Shown piece by piece: positions 1 to 11,788 of a DNA stretch of 64,000 bases. Below the pieces are notes generated by a model. It had not been told where the DNA came from and did not search any database. It saw only the letters and a program-made list of their open reading frames with translations. The stretch spans positions 18,538,001-18,602,000 of the forward strand of contig JBHGNT010000002.1 of assembly GCA_043228905.1 (NCBI GenBank). Direction: 5' to 3'. This DNA is from Azolla caroliniana. Taxonomy: Eukaryota; Plantae; Polypodiophyta. The first letter of the stretch is position 1. The number at the start of each line of letters is the position of its first letter. Position numbers and translations under genes: made by a program.

Positions 1-1833
1 GTCTGGGTTTGCTTTTCCAATGTCCAGGGTTTCAAGTTGACGTGCCCGAAACCGCCGGTCCCAACGTTCCGATTCCGCGATTGGTATCTCGGCCTCGTCC
101 TCGATTGTTCTATCTCCGCAAGTCGAGAGGGCATTTTGTTTCGCACCCTCTCTCTCGTGGTACCGTCGTACCGGTCTTCTGCCATCTCGTGGGGCAAGTT
201 CGGCTCATCGGCGTCGGCTTGTGGCCTCGATCTTTTCTCTTCCTCGAGCATCGCCTCGAGAGCTGCATACGCCTCCGCAATCTTGATCCCAAAGCCGAGC
301 CTTGCCGACTCTCTTTGTCGTTCGGCCTCTTCCCATTGTGATGGCACGCCATCGCGCGCCTTCCCCTTTGCCTTCTTGGCTCACTCGTCATCTAGCCGTT
401 AGCACACCCTTCCGACCTTCGACGAGTCCTCGGTGAGGCCATTCGCTCCATCCTCTTCTTCGAGCTCAATCCCAATGGCCTACCATTCTGCTCGGTCGAT
501 CGACTTAACGAACAACAGGACTTTGTCCGCCCCCACCAAACCTTGTTCCCACTCTGGGAGCCGAGCAAGACGTCGCTTGAACTATCGAAACGCCTTCGTT
601 GCGCCCCGGTGGGTCTTTGCCGATGCTACCCACTGGTCCAAGCCGGCTCTTCCGCCGTCCCCCATACGCTTGCAGGAGTGCCTCTTCGAAGGCCTCCCAT
701 GAACTATGAGCTTCTCGAAGCTCCTTCACTTCCGCGTGCATACAGACAACGACGGTTCGACAGAAGAACTCCAGCCTCAACGCCTCGGCTACATCTCGCT
801 CCTCCATTTCCACGTTGTAGGCTTCCAAGTAAAATGGGACCTTGTCCCCGTTGAAACGGCTGACTCTTTCGACCACTCGCTCAACCGCTTGCTGTACTGA
901 CTCTCGTCTCGTTGTTGCTCGTCCAAACTCCCTCACCGCTTCGACAAGAAATTGCGCGAAGTCATCTTCTTCCAACTCCATTCTCCCTTGCCGCCCTTCA
1001 CGTCGGGTTCACCAAAGATGTCACATTATTACGCGCGTGCGTGTAGAAGGGGCGGGACCACGAGGGTCTTGGACTAGAGAAGAAGGGAAGCCGAGAAGAC
1101 AATTCCGGACGCGTCCCGGAGGCAACCGAACGAGAGAGAGAGAGAGAAAGAGAGTGAGAGATAGAGAGGCAAAGGAGAGGGAGAGCGTGTGCGCGACACC
1201 GACTCCTTTGCACAGGAAGCAAAGGGGTTGTGCTTCCGATACCACCAAGTACACCGATATGCACAAACAGACGCAAATGTGTATATTACAAGGGAAATAA
1301 TACAAATCCAGCTTCGAGCCAGAGCAAGGTAGGTTACAGCCGCACTCGGTTACCAAGCCGCCGGTCGGGGAGCTCACGGGATGTCGCGCCGAGCGGGGTC
1401 TTGCACAAAACCGAGCAAAACAAAACCTCCAAAGGAGGGGGGGAGATACAACCAAGGCCGGAGACGGCTACCCACAGAAGAAGAGAAACTAACCTAACAC
1501 CTTGCCGTCATAGCTACTGCTCGACTCCTCGAGAAGGAGCTGAAAAGAAACGAAGAAAAGAAAGAATGTAGCTAACCCTAGAAAGAAACACAAAACGGTA
1601 TACCCTTACTACTCAAAATGGGCAACCCTTCTACAAGGGACCATCCCTTCCTTTTATAGAACAAGGATAGGGATGCGTTACAATGTGGGATAAATCCCGA
1701 TTTACATGGGATTCTTAGTCCCGACTTAACTCCTATTATTGACACATTTATACAAGGGTGAGTGCACATGGTGCACACCGCCGATTCTCCCGATATTCCC
1801 CGATTCCGTCTAGGGACGGTTTTCTCCATGACA
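1..1833 (-). mobile_element. tRNA-Trp-primed Ty3/gypsy retrotransposon, 5' end (5' LTR 1019-1833, PBS, decayed gag); runs off the window
   Basis: LTR is bounded by TGTCA...TGACA. ORF 505-981 (RFNGDKVPFYL...WEAFEEAL) is homologous to the gag at 27100 (QFNGKDVSRYL...WEAFEEAL). The element interrupts the gag of the chromovirus that resumes at 1834. Confidence 0.85.
997..1014 (-). promoter_or_regulatory. Primer-binding site complementary to the tRNA-Trp 3' end
   Basis: Minus strand reads TGGTGAACCCGACGTGAA, 4 nt from the LTR end; identical to 55538-55555. Confidence 0.85.
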
Positions 1834-4800
1834 ACGTGTGCAACAACTCGAAGCAACGTTGCAACAACAAGGATCAAGTCCCCAAGAATTTTATAAAGAC
1901 CCCAAGATTGGACTTCCTGTGAAATTTGATGGAACTCAATCACAATTTAGGGGATTCCTCAATCCGGTACGTTTAGTCATTTAGATGCATCCTTCTCGAT
2001 GCCCATTGATGCATCCCGAGTCGGCCTAATAGGCATGTTGCTTAGCGGCTCAGCCTTGGCATGGTTTGCTCCACTTCTAGAAAAATAATCCCCTTACTTA
2101 ATGAAAAGAGAGATGATGATAGAAAAGAGAGAGAAGGAAGATATAGAAACCCAAATCTACAAAGATATATTAATAAGGAGTGATGATCATAGAAACAAGA
2201 GAAAGAAGATACATAAACTCAAGCCTACAAGGATGAATTGATAACAACTCAACCAACACTACGTGAATAGGCAAGAAAACATCACAAGAAAAAAGTTCTT
2301 CCTCACCACCTCACTCTTCTTGTTTTATATGAAGTTCTCCTCTAGTAGATAAGTTTCGCTTGCTTTCTTTTCCACGCTTTTTTTAGAGCTTTTCCATCTC
2401 CTATTCTTAGCTATGACACAACGATCTTCTAATCGTCATATCTCCCTCATCCATGCTCCAAATTTAGAGTTTTAAAAAGCTACGGATAGCTCTCTTCACA
2501 ACCTTTCTAACCCATATTTACACGTGATATTTGGATGTCAAACGAGAGAGTTATGAGCGTTTTTTTCTGACTTCTTTTTGGTGGTCTGCTTTTTTCTTCT
2601 TTTACTTTTCTCCACGTGACTTGCTTTTTGTTTGACTTATCCTCAAGACCTTAGCTCGTGATCTTGCCCTCCGGATGTGAACGCACCATACCTTATATTC
2701 TTGTAGACTTCAATACCTTGAATTCTAAAAACACTTTCACACTTAATAACTTTGAAGAATTTATTAGTGAGTTTAAAGCTTGCTTTAGAGATACAGACAG
2801 CATCCGGACGGCGATCAACAAAATCCGACAATTGCGTCAAGGTGATCGTCAAGGCGATCGTCCAGCCTCTGCCAACGCGGCGGATTTCCGTCTACTCGCT
2901 TCATATTTCCCCAAGGATGATCAAGCACTAATGGAGCAGTTTCGCTACGGCCTACGAAACGATGTCAAAGACCTACTTCTAACCTTCCCCGAAGAACCAA
3001 AGTCTCTTATGGAGGCAATCGGTCGAGTGGTTCGATGCAACAACTGCGTTTTCGAACGGCATTCGGAACGTCAATTACAAATACCACGCTCTAGGCCAAA
3101 GCCCACTTACACCTCAGTCGTGGCTAAACCGTTTGCACGAGACATACCTCAAGCAAATACTCTGACGCCAATGGAGATCGACACCATGCGTCGATGTGGC
3201 CCATTATCGGAAGAAGAAAAGCAACGACGACATGCAAATCGATTATGTCTTTATTTTGGCAAACCAAGGCATATCGCAATCAATTGTCCCCATAGGCCAA
3301 GAAGACAGGTAAATCAAATCATAGCCTGTACTAAACCCGAGTCAATTCTTCCCTTAGGAGTGTCTGATAGTATTAATAGTACTAATAGAGTGTCTGAGAG
3401 TATTAATAGTACTAATAGCCCAAGTATCTCAAACAAATTTGAAATCCTTAGTCAATTAGATGAAGAGTTAAATGATTGAGTCTAGCCAAAATAGGAGCCG
3501 TTTGGTTGGACAACCCTAGATTTGTATAGCCCATTAGTTGTTCCATTCCCTCCAAGCAAGTTAGCAATGTGTTCCTAGCCCAAGTCATGGTTAGTACTAA
3601 AAGTACTCCCCGAGTACACATCCTAGCACTTCTAGATTTTGCCCAAGCTTCTCAGATATCCTTAAGAAAACTTCCTTGCCCCGCAACTGTAGTAATCATT
3701 GATGGTCGTCCCATTGCTTCCAGGAATATTGTAGAAGAATCAGAACCCATTCAAGTTGTCCTAGGTAGTTTTGTGTGTGTAGTATCATTTAATATAATTA
3801 GTAGTCCAGAGCATCCCATTGTCCTGGGATTACCTTGGTTTGAATTACATAATCCAAACACCGATTGGAGAACAAGACAAGTCCGACATCGACAACCCCA
3901 AGAATCTACTCATCGAGTTTCCACCATTTCACTACGTCAATTACGCGAAGGACACAAGGAGGCAATGTTCCTATTTGCAATATCAGTACATCCTTCCAAC
4001 ACTATTAAGGAGGAATCCTTAGTGCAACTTCCGGCGAAATATCATCCTTATGCCGATGTATTTGACAAGGTAAAAGCCGGTACTCTTCCTCATCATCGTC
4101 CCTATGATTGTCCCATCGATTTACAACCAAGAGTAGAGCCACCATGGGGACCAATGTACAACTTGTCACCCACCGAGTTAGAAGTCCTTCGAGCCTACAT
4201 AGAGGAGAACTTGGCAAGCGGGTTTATTCGTCATTCGAAATCTCCGGTCGGTGCACCCATCTTCTTTGTCAAGAAGAAAGATGGCTCACTTCGTCTCGTC
4301 GTTGATTACCGCAGCTTGAATAAAGTCACCATCCGGAATAGGTATGCACTTCCTCTTATATCAAGTCTTTTAGAGCGAGTTAATGGTGCCAAGTTTTTTA
4401 CAAAAATCGATCTATGAGGAACGTATAACCTCGTGCGGATCCGACCAAGAGATGAATGGAAGACCGCCTTCCGCACGCAGTATGGGCATTTCGAATATAC
4501 TGTTATGCCGTTCGGTCTAACCAATGCACCCGCAGTCTTCCAACACATGGCAAATGATATATTTAGAGACCTCTTGGATATCTGTTTGATCATCTATTTG
4601 GATGATCTATTGATTTATTCGAAGACCCAGGAAGAGCACGATTCTCATGTACTATTAGTACTAAAATGACTCCGCGAGAATGGTCTTTATGCCAAGCTAG
4701 AAAAATGTAGCTTTGACTACAAGCAAGTGGAATTTCTAGGCTACGTTATCTCCTCAAAGGGCATCTCCATGGATCCAGCAAAAGTCCAAACTGTGCTAGA

Positions 4801-7466
4801 GTGGCAAATTCCATGGTCAGTACGAGATGTAAAATGTTTTCTAGGTTTTGCTAACTTCTACTACAAGTTTATACAGGATTACTCAAAGATTATTTTACCT
4901 CCACAACTTACGAAGAAGGGATAAGCATTTCTTTGGTCCAATGAAGCGGACATGGCTTTTCGGCATCTTAAGAAAGCCTTTACATCAGCTCCTATTCTAG
5001 CTCATGTGGATACCAACAAACCATTCATCATGGAGGCCGACGCATCAGATATCGCCCTCGGTAGCATCCTGTCTCAACAAGGAGATAAAGAAGAGTTACA
5101 TCCTGTGGCTTTTCATTCACGCAAATTCGATGCTTCAGAAATCAACCACGAAATACATGACAAGGAGTTATTAGCCATCGTAGATTCCTTTGTGCAATGG
5201 CGGCATTTCTTAGAGGGCTCTACACATCAGGTCATCGTCTTTAGTGATCACAAAAATCTTGCTTATTTCTAGAACGCTCGGATGCTAAATCGATGGCAAG
5301 CTTGGTGGGCTCAATTCCTCACGCGTTTTGACTTCAAAATCACATATCGACCGGGGAAGCAGCAAGGAAAAGCAGATGCACTATCATGGCGTTCATATCT
5401 TGCACCTCGTCCTGGTGATCCAGCGTTTGATAATCAAAAGCAAGTAATCTTGGGACCAACACGATTGCACACCGCGGATTTTTCACACCCCAATGGATTC
5501 CCGAATTACCAATGCCATACGTGCAAACTTGAAGATAGACAGTTTTGCTCAAGACATTCTGGCGCACATCGATACCTCTAGGGCATCCTATTCTCAATCT
5601 CAACAACCAGATATGGACTACTGACAATTCGAATATCATGATGGTTTGTTATTCTTTAAAAAGCTTGTATATGTCCTTGATTGCTCCTGTCGCCTTCAAA
5701 TCGTCCAAAATTGTCACGACACCCATACGGCGGGACATTTTAGTAGTACTAAGACATTGGATCTAGCTCAACGATCTTTTTGGTGGCCCCATATGCGACG
5801 TTTTGTCGACGACTACGTTCGGACTTGTGATGCTTGCTGTAGAGCAAAGATGCCACGACACCATCCATATGGCTTGTTGGAACCCTTACCGATTCCAAGT
5901 AACCCGTGGTAGTCTATTTGTCTTGATTTTATCACAAATCTGCCAGTCTCGAAGGGTTCGATGCAATCTTAACCGTCGTCGATCGATATACTAAGATGGC
6001 ACATTTTGTATCATGTACTAAGGCCATCACTAGCGAGGAAACCGCCGCCCTTGTCATGCGTGAGGTATTTCGGCATCATGGCCTCCCAGACAGTATCATT
6101 AGTGACCGAGGACCTCAATTCATCTCCAAATTTTGGCAGCATCTCTTCAAGATGCTCAAGGTTTTTTGCAACCTCTCCTCCGGCTACCATCCCCAGACCA
6201 ATGGGCACACATAAACGAACAAAGCAAACGTTGGAACAATATCTTCGGTGTTTTCTGAGTTATCAACAAGACGATTGGGCCGAGATTCTCCACTTTGCGG
6301 AGTTTGCATATAATAATGTTGTTCACTCCTCGACTCGGGTCTCCCCATTTTACGCTTATACCGGTTCGCATCCTCGTTAGTCGGTGATCGACACCCCGGA
6401 GCTACCTACCAATCCTCGTGCCGGGGATCATTTAGAGAGGCTACGCAAGATCCAGATGGATCTCTCTACTCATCTTCGTCATGCTCAACACACACAGAAG
6501 ACTTATGCGGATCGTCATCGACTTCCCTCCTCTTTTGCCATCGGAGATCGAGTATGGCTCTTACGTCGTCACATCAAGACTACTCGACCGTGCAACAAGT
6601 TGGATTATCGACGACTCGGTCCTTTCCGTATTACTAGTAAGGTTGATTATGTCATGTTCCGCCTTGATCTCCCTCTGCATCTTCAGATACATCTGGTTTT
6701 CCATAGCTCTCTTATTGAACCTTATCAAACAAACACTATTCCCGATCGTGTTACACCACCGCCGCCCCCGCTTGAGTTGGAAGTCGGCCCGGAGAATGAA
6801 GTTGTTGCCATCCTCGATTCCAAACTTGTTCGCAACAAACTTTATTATTTGGTCGATTGGCTCAACTATAGTCCGAGCGAACGTACTTGGGAACCCGTCG
6901 AGCATGTCGCCAATGCTTAGGATCTCCTGGCTGAGTTCCACTGAATGTATCCGGAGAAACCCGGTCTGCAATCAGCGCCGACTCGTTCCACTCGTCATCT
7001 TAAAGAGGAGATAGTGTCATGATATGACAAGACTCAAACCCATGACCTTATGTTATATGGGTCGAACTCTTGACCATTATACCATCCATTGTAGTACGTA
7101 GGATATTATTTTCATTTAAGTTTTATTATAGGAAATTAATGTATATTCCAGATTTCTCTTGAACATTCTAGAAGCTTCAGGATTACTCCTAAGAACACTA
7201 TAAAAGAAGGCACTAGGCATTATGTTGAACCAAATTGGCTCAACGCCAATCTTAAGCCTCATAGCCATCTTGTACTTACTCTTCCTATAATATATCATCT
7301 ATTATCATCATCTCTCTCTCTCTCGTCCACACTATCTCTCTCTCTCTCTCTCTCCTCTTCTCTTTCCTCTCCCTCGGGAGTCTTACACAATCCCATCCTC
7401 TTAGTACTAATAGTACTTCCCTTCTCTAGTACTAATTCTCTCTCTGTTTTAGTACTATTCCTGACA
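1834..7466 (+). mobile_element. Ty3/gypsy chromovirus (Tcn1-like), decayed: gag, protease, RT, RNase H, integrase, chromodomain, PPT, 3' LTR 7015-7466
   Basis: Gag KFDGTQSQFRGFLN and a degenerate CCHC knuckle; [29 protein letters not shown]; RNase H ADASD, HDKELLAI; integrase ISDRGPQF and GPF; chromodomain YYLVDWLNYSPSERTWEP; PPT AAAGAGGAGA; LTR TGTCA...TGACA. Many stops and frameshifts. Confidence 0.93.
2102..2741. mobile_element. Solo LTR inserted in chromovirus gag
   Basis: TG...CA termini with 5-bp TSD CTTAA (2097-2101, 2742-2746). Removing it restores gag SPLLNNFEEF. Same family as 59093-59889. Confidence 0.9.
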
Positions 7467-8117
7467 GACAAGCGTCGGAGTCGCAGTAGCGAGAGAGCTG
7501 AAATGGGCCTGTTGAGCAGACAAGCCGAGCGAGGAGGTCGAGGTGCCCAAAACCAAAAGGGTCGCGGCAAACAAGACCAAACCGAATGAGGAGCGAAAGC
7601 AAGGTGGAGCAATGCCAAAAGGAGCCGCGTAGAAGAACTGGCTGCCACGGACACTAACACCACGATCTGACCTCAAGTTGAGCTTGAGGGGGAATGTTGA
7701 GCGAGCAAGCTCAACTGGATCCGGATCGGTTGAAGAAGCCTGAGCCGGATTGGTATCCGGAAACAACCGGCCGGATCGGGAGACGGATCGGAGAGCCGGA
7801 TTCGAGCGGGAACCAGAAGCCTAGTAGTAGCCTAGACTACTAGGTAATCATTGTCTCCTAGTTAGTGTCAGTCGCACATAGGAATATTGAAGTACCTGTC
7901 ATACTTTTGTCAGTCCTTTATGGACTTGTATAAATAGTGTTGTTTAGCACGTTGTATGTACAGAGTTTTTAGAGTGATATTTTGAATTGAGTTTACGTTC
8001 TGTTCTCTCTATCTCTTTGTCTCTCCCGCATATACTCTCTGTGTATTAAGCTTCTCCATTAAACCTTCATCATATTCTCTATTGCTATCTGGTTGCGCCG
8101 GTTCTATCTAATGCTTC

Positions 8118-8884
8118 TCTTGACGAGAACTCAACGCTCCTTTTGCGCAACGCTCGGCCACAACCGAGCTTAGAATGATACACAGAAAAACGGGAAATAA
8201 AACATGACACAAAGGAGAGAAAAGGGACACAAAATGTTTACGTGGAAAAACCCCAAACTAGGGGAAAAACCATGGCAGCCCACTGGCTGCAAATTGTCAC
8301 TATGTAAGAATGTACAATAGTGAGTTCACTGAGGCAACGACCTCGTGCTCACAGATCTTCGCCACAGGCGGCGGTTACAACAGAGGCAACGACCTCTTTC
8401 TCTCTCTCTCTCTCTCTCTCTCTGTACACAGTTACACGTTCTCACTTCTTCTTGCACCAACAAGAAAATGACAACAACTCCCTACGCATATTTGCCCTAA
8501 GTCATATTTATACTAATATGACTTTTAGGCTATTTACAAATATAACCTCAATGGGCTCTCAGAAACATATTTACGAATATGTCTCTTTGTCTGGTTCTCA
8601 CCGGGTCTGTACCATCCGGTTCTCCGTAACCGGGTACTCCTCATCCAGTCTTCACCGGGTCTGTATCATCCGGCTCTCCGTAGTCGGGTCCTCCTCATCC
8701 GGTCTTCACCGGGTCTGTATCATCCGGCTCTCCGTAGCCGGGTCCTCCTCATCCGGTCTTCACCGGGTCTGTATCATCCAGCTCTTCGTAGCCGAGTCCA
8801 CCTCATACGGTTTCAGCCTCAGCCGAGTTTGTTCATCGGCACTGTTCTTCTCCCTTCCCATCCGGAGGGAGCTGTCTCCCAACA
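8118..8884 (-). mobile_element. Solo LTR (copia-type) nested in the 7695-8907 LTR
   Basis: TSD GCTTC (8113-8117, 8885-8889); termini TCTTG (mutated TGTTG)...CAACA; contains the common LTR motif ACGTGGAAAAACCCC...GGGGAAAAACCA. Confidence 0.8.
8599..8810. repeat. Tandem 54-bp repeat, about 4 copies, inside the solo LTR
   Basis: CACCGGGTCTGTA(C/T)CATCC... recurs every 54 bp, giving the 18-aa periodicity of ORF 8320-8961. Confidence 0.9.
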
Positions 8885-9047
8885 GCTTCCGCACGTTTAC
8901 ATTCACATGGTATCAGAGCGCGAGGGTTGAGAACCTCTACAGCCAACACTTGCTTCCGTAGACGAACCCTAGAACCCGGTAACAACAGACACAGAGAAGA
9001 TATGTAAAGAGTTTTCAGAGTGATATTTTGAATTGAGTTTATGTTCT

Positions 9048-9117
<70 letters not shown>
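9048..9117. repeat. (CT)n microsatellite expanded in the second LTR copy
   Basis: About 35 CT units; the equivalent LTR position near 8003-8025 has only a short CT-rich tract. Confidence 0.95.
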
Positions 9118-9119
<2 letters not shown>

Positions 9120-9493
9120 GCGTATACTCTCTGTGGATTAAGCTTCTCCATTAAACCTTCATCTTATTCTCTGTTGCTATCTAGCTAAGCTGGTTCTATC
9201 TAAGGCTTCTGCATGTACATTCACAATAGCTTAATCACATACCATAGGAGTGTATTTTCAAACCCCAAGCTAAGCACCATTCGGCTCCAACTATACTTTT
9301 ATAGTCCAAACATATATTTTCTTTCTCAAAATGGTACTTAGCGCATAAAAAATGATATGTGTGCAAGCATGGCCTTCAAGCTTGAATCCAAGGCCACAGA
9401 ATACACACCTTTAGTAACGAGACACAACATACATTATATTAGCACTGATGATATTTTATACCATAGAAGGTCAAAAAGGAAAAATATAAACCA

Positions 9494-10550
9494 TTACTGT
9501 GATATAGTAATACTTGTAATGGTAATTTCCATGCAAGCGGGGTGCTCAACTATGATTGGACATAGAGTATCTAAACCTTTCTCTTTTAGACCCTTCATTA
9601 AACATGTCAGGTTCTCAAAATGCAGCTTTAAGGCTGATAACTTATCATCTATTTCAAAACGAGAAGACCTCCAAGTCTCCAGATCTCTCTTTTGTGCTGC
9701 TCCCAGTTGAGTACCCATATTTGTCAGCTCCTTCTTCAACTCCTCTTTCAACACATCGCTTTCAGAATTTTGGATTGTTGATGCAATCCATTCGTATGTA
9801 TTTGATATAGATGTGAATTGTTTCTCTGCCACCATCTCACTAGATGAAACTTCTTCTAAATCGGCATGTAGTGCTTGCATTCTTGTCTGGCTCGAAGCAA
9901 TGCAACGCAACAATCACTCTTCATGCTTTTCTATCAATGTGGCTCTTTGTTTTGCAATTTGTAGAGTCAACACATATGTCCTAGCTGGGATTTCAATATG
10001 AGAGGTACCCTCAGACTTCGTAGTAGTGTGGGTACTTGAGGACCCTCTATAATGTGATGATTGATGATGAGAAAAATCTTCCCAATCAACTTCAATGCCA
10101 CCATGGAGTTCACATGCAAATGCACGCGCACAAACATTTCCTACCTCATTGTTTAGGACATGTTTCGTATCATAAACTTGTTCATATCGTGACTTTAGTT
10201 CAATGATATAATTCTTCTTCAATTGAGTGATGTGGAAACCTCTCCTTGTCTCGGGTTGTGATGAGCCCCACGTTTTCATCATCCACATGTCTGGTCTTCA
10301 TAAGTGTAAGGTCGTGCACGAAGGAAATAACCCCATCCTAATTTTATACCTCAAAGGATGTTTGTGTACATCTTCTTGCCCTGAGTTGTTGAAAACTTCG
10401 ACCTCCCTCTGGTGGGGCTCATCTTACTTTCTTTGATGGGGGTCCTTTTTCTTTCCTTGCATGGTGTGTTGACTTTTTCTTTGACCATTTTCTTCTTTGT
10501 GGGTGTCTTCCTTGTCATGTGAGTCCTGTCTCTTTTCTTCGCCTCACACG
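9494..10550 (-). pseudogene. Decayed ORF of unknown function (basic N-terminus, helical core, coiled-coil C-terminus), probably transposon accessory
   Basis: Abutting in-frame ORFs 9914-10288 and 9494-9913 are separated by a single stop, and the frame continues upstream through stops. Composition is protein-like but no family was recognised. Confidence 0.4.
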
Positions 10551-11788
10551 CACAACAATAGTAAATAACAGTAAATCATGCACAACTGTCATTTTTTATC
10601 ATAACAGTAAATCATGCACAACAATTAAACATAACAACCCTAAACATACTGCAATTTGGCTCAACAACAAGATTCAAGCATGCACAAGACTATCTTGAAA
10701 GTGCACATAGGAGGAAAACACAAACATCAACAACAAATAAAACAACAACAATTTAACTTCATCACAATAACATTTAACGCCAAGAACTCCAACAACGCAC
10801 CCTCTTTCCATATGCTAACATGTACAAATTTCAAGGAAATGCCGAACATGGAACATAATGTTAACTCTTGATACGCAACATATACATGCATCATAACAAT
10901 ACTAAATCGGGTAGGAAAACAAGAACAATAAGGACAACAAGAACAACACGAACAACAAAAAGGACAACCAAAGTTAGACAAGAACAAGATCATTTAACAA
11001 GAACCCTCTTTCGATATGACAACATGTTCAAAATCCAAGCAAATGTAGAACATGACATATGCATGTACAAGACTCTAATTCAAGCATACGCATGTACAAG
11101 GCTCTCAATTGATCAAGGGAGAACAACACAAACAGTTGCAGAGGGGACACGTTTGAAGCACGGGTTGCAAGCAAACAAACACACAAGGTAGAGGGAACTG
11201 AACGAGCACAAGTCGTTGAAAGATGTTGATGCAAAGATAACACAGTGAGCAGAGAACACTTGGGGGTAGAGGGAACATGGCCATTAGAGTAGAGGTCGAT
11301 GCAAACAGGACACAGTGAGTAGAGAACACCTAAGAGAGAGAGAGAACGTGGCTAGAAGAGCAGAGGTCGATGCAAAGAGGACACGGTGCGCATAGAAGAC
11401 CTGGAGGATGCAGATGGGTCACGACGAGGAGAGTTTATAGAGAACGACGAGCATACTGTTGTTGCAGAGAGGACACGACGAGCAGGGAACACTTGGAGTT
11501 TCCAGAGTGACCAAAACGTGGAGAAACTTGTGGAGAATGTGGAAGAGAGGGAGGGAGGGAGGGGGAGAGGGAGGGAGGGAGGGAGATGAGGTACAAACCT
11601 AGGGAATCAGCGAGTAGAAGGGGGAAGAAAAGAGTGAGAGAGAGAGAGAGGAGGTACGAACCTAGGGAATCACCGAGTAGAAGGGGGAAGGAATTAGAAT
11701 TAGAATTAGAATTTTTATCCTCCATAAAGAGACCAATTTTGACCTATGGGACCAGAGTATACATGTGTTCTTGATATATGTCTCCTTC

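Larger units (their letters stand above)
7467..9225 (+). mobile_element. LTR-element remnant arranged PPT-LTR(7695-8907)-PBS(iMet)-short internal-partial LTR(~9001-9225)
   Basis: PPT GAGGGGGAA precedes TGTTGAG at 7695. The LTR ends ACATTCACA at 8907, followed by TGGTATCAGAGC (8908-8919). 9001-9225 repeats the LTR 3' half and ends ACATTCACA again. Confidence 0.75.

Noticed and set aside
997-1014. tRNA-Trp gene
   Set aside because: Only the 18-nt 3' end matches, next to an LTR; it is a PBS (same at 26964 and 55538).
2658-2745. N-terminus of the 273-aa gag ORF
   Set aside because: It comes from the inserted solo LTR; the true gag continues from 1834-2101.
3460-3500. Programmed -1 frameshift site between gag and pol
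   Set aside because: No intact slippery heptamer is visible in this decayed copy.
8320-8961. 213-aa repeat protein
   Set aside because: It spans a solo LTR, its 54-bp repeat and an insertion junction.
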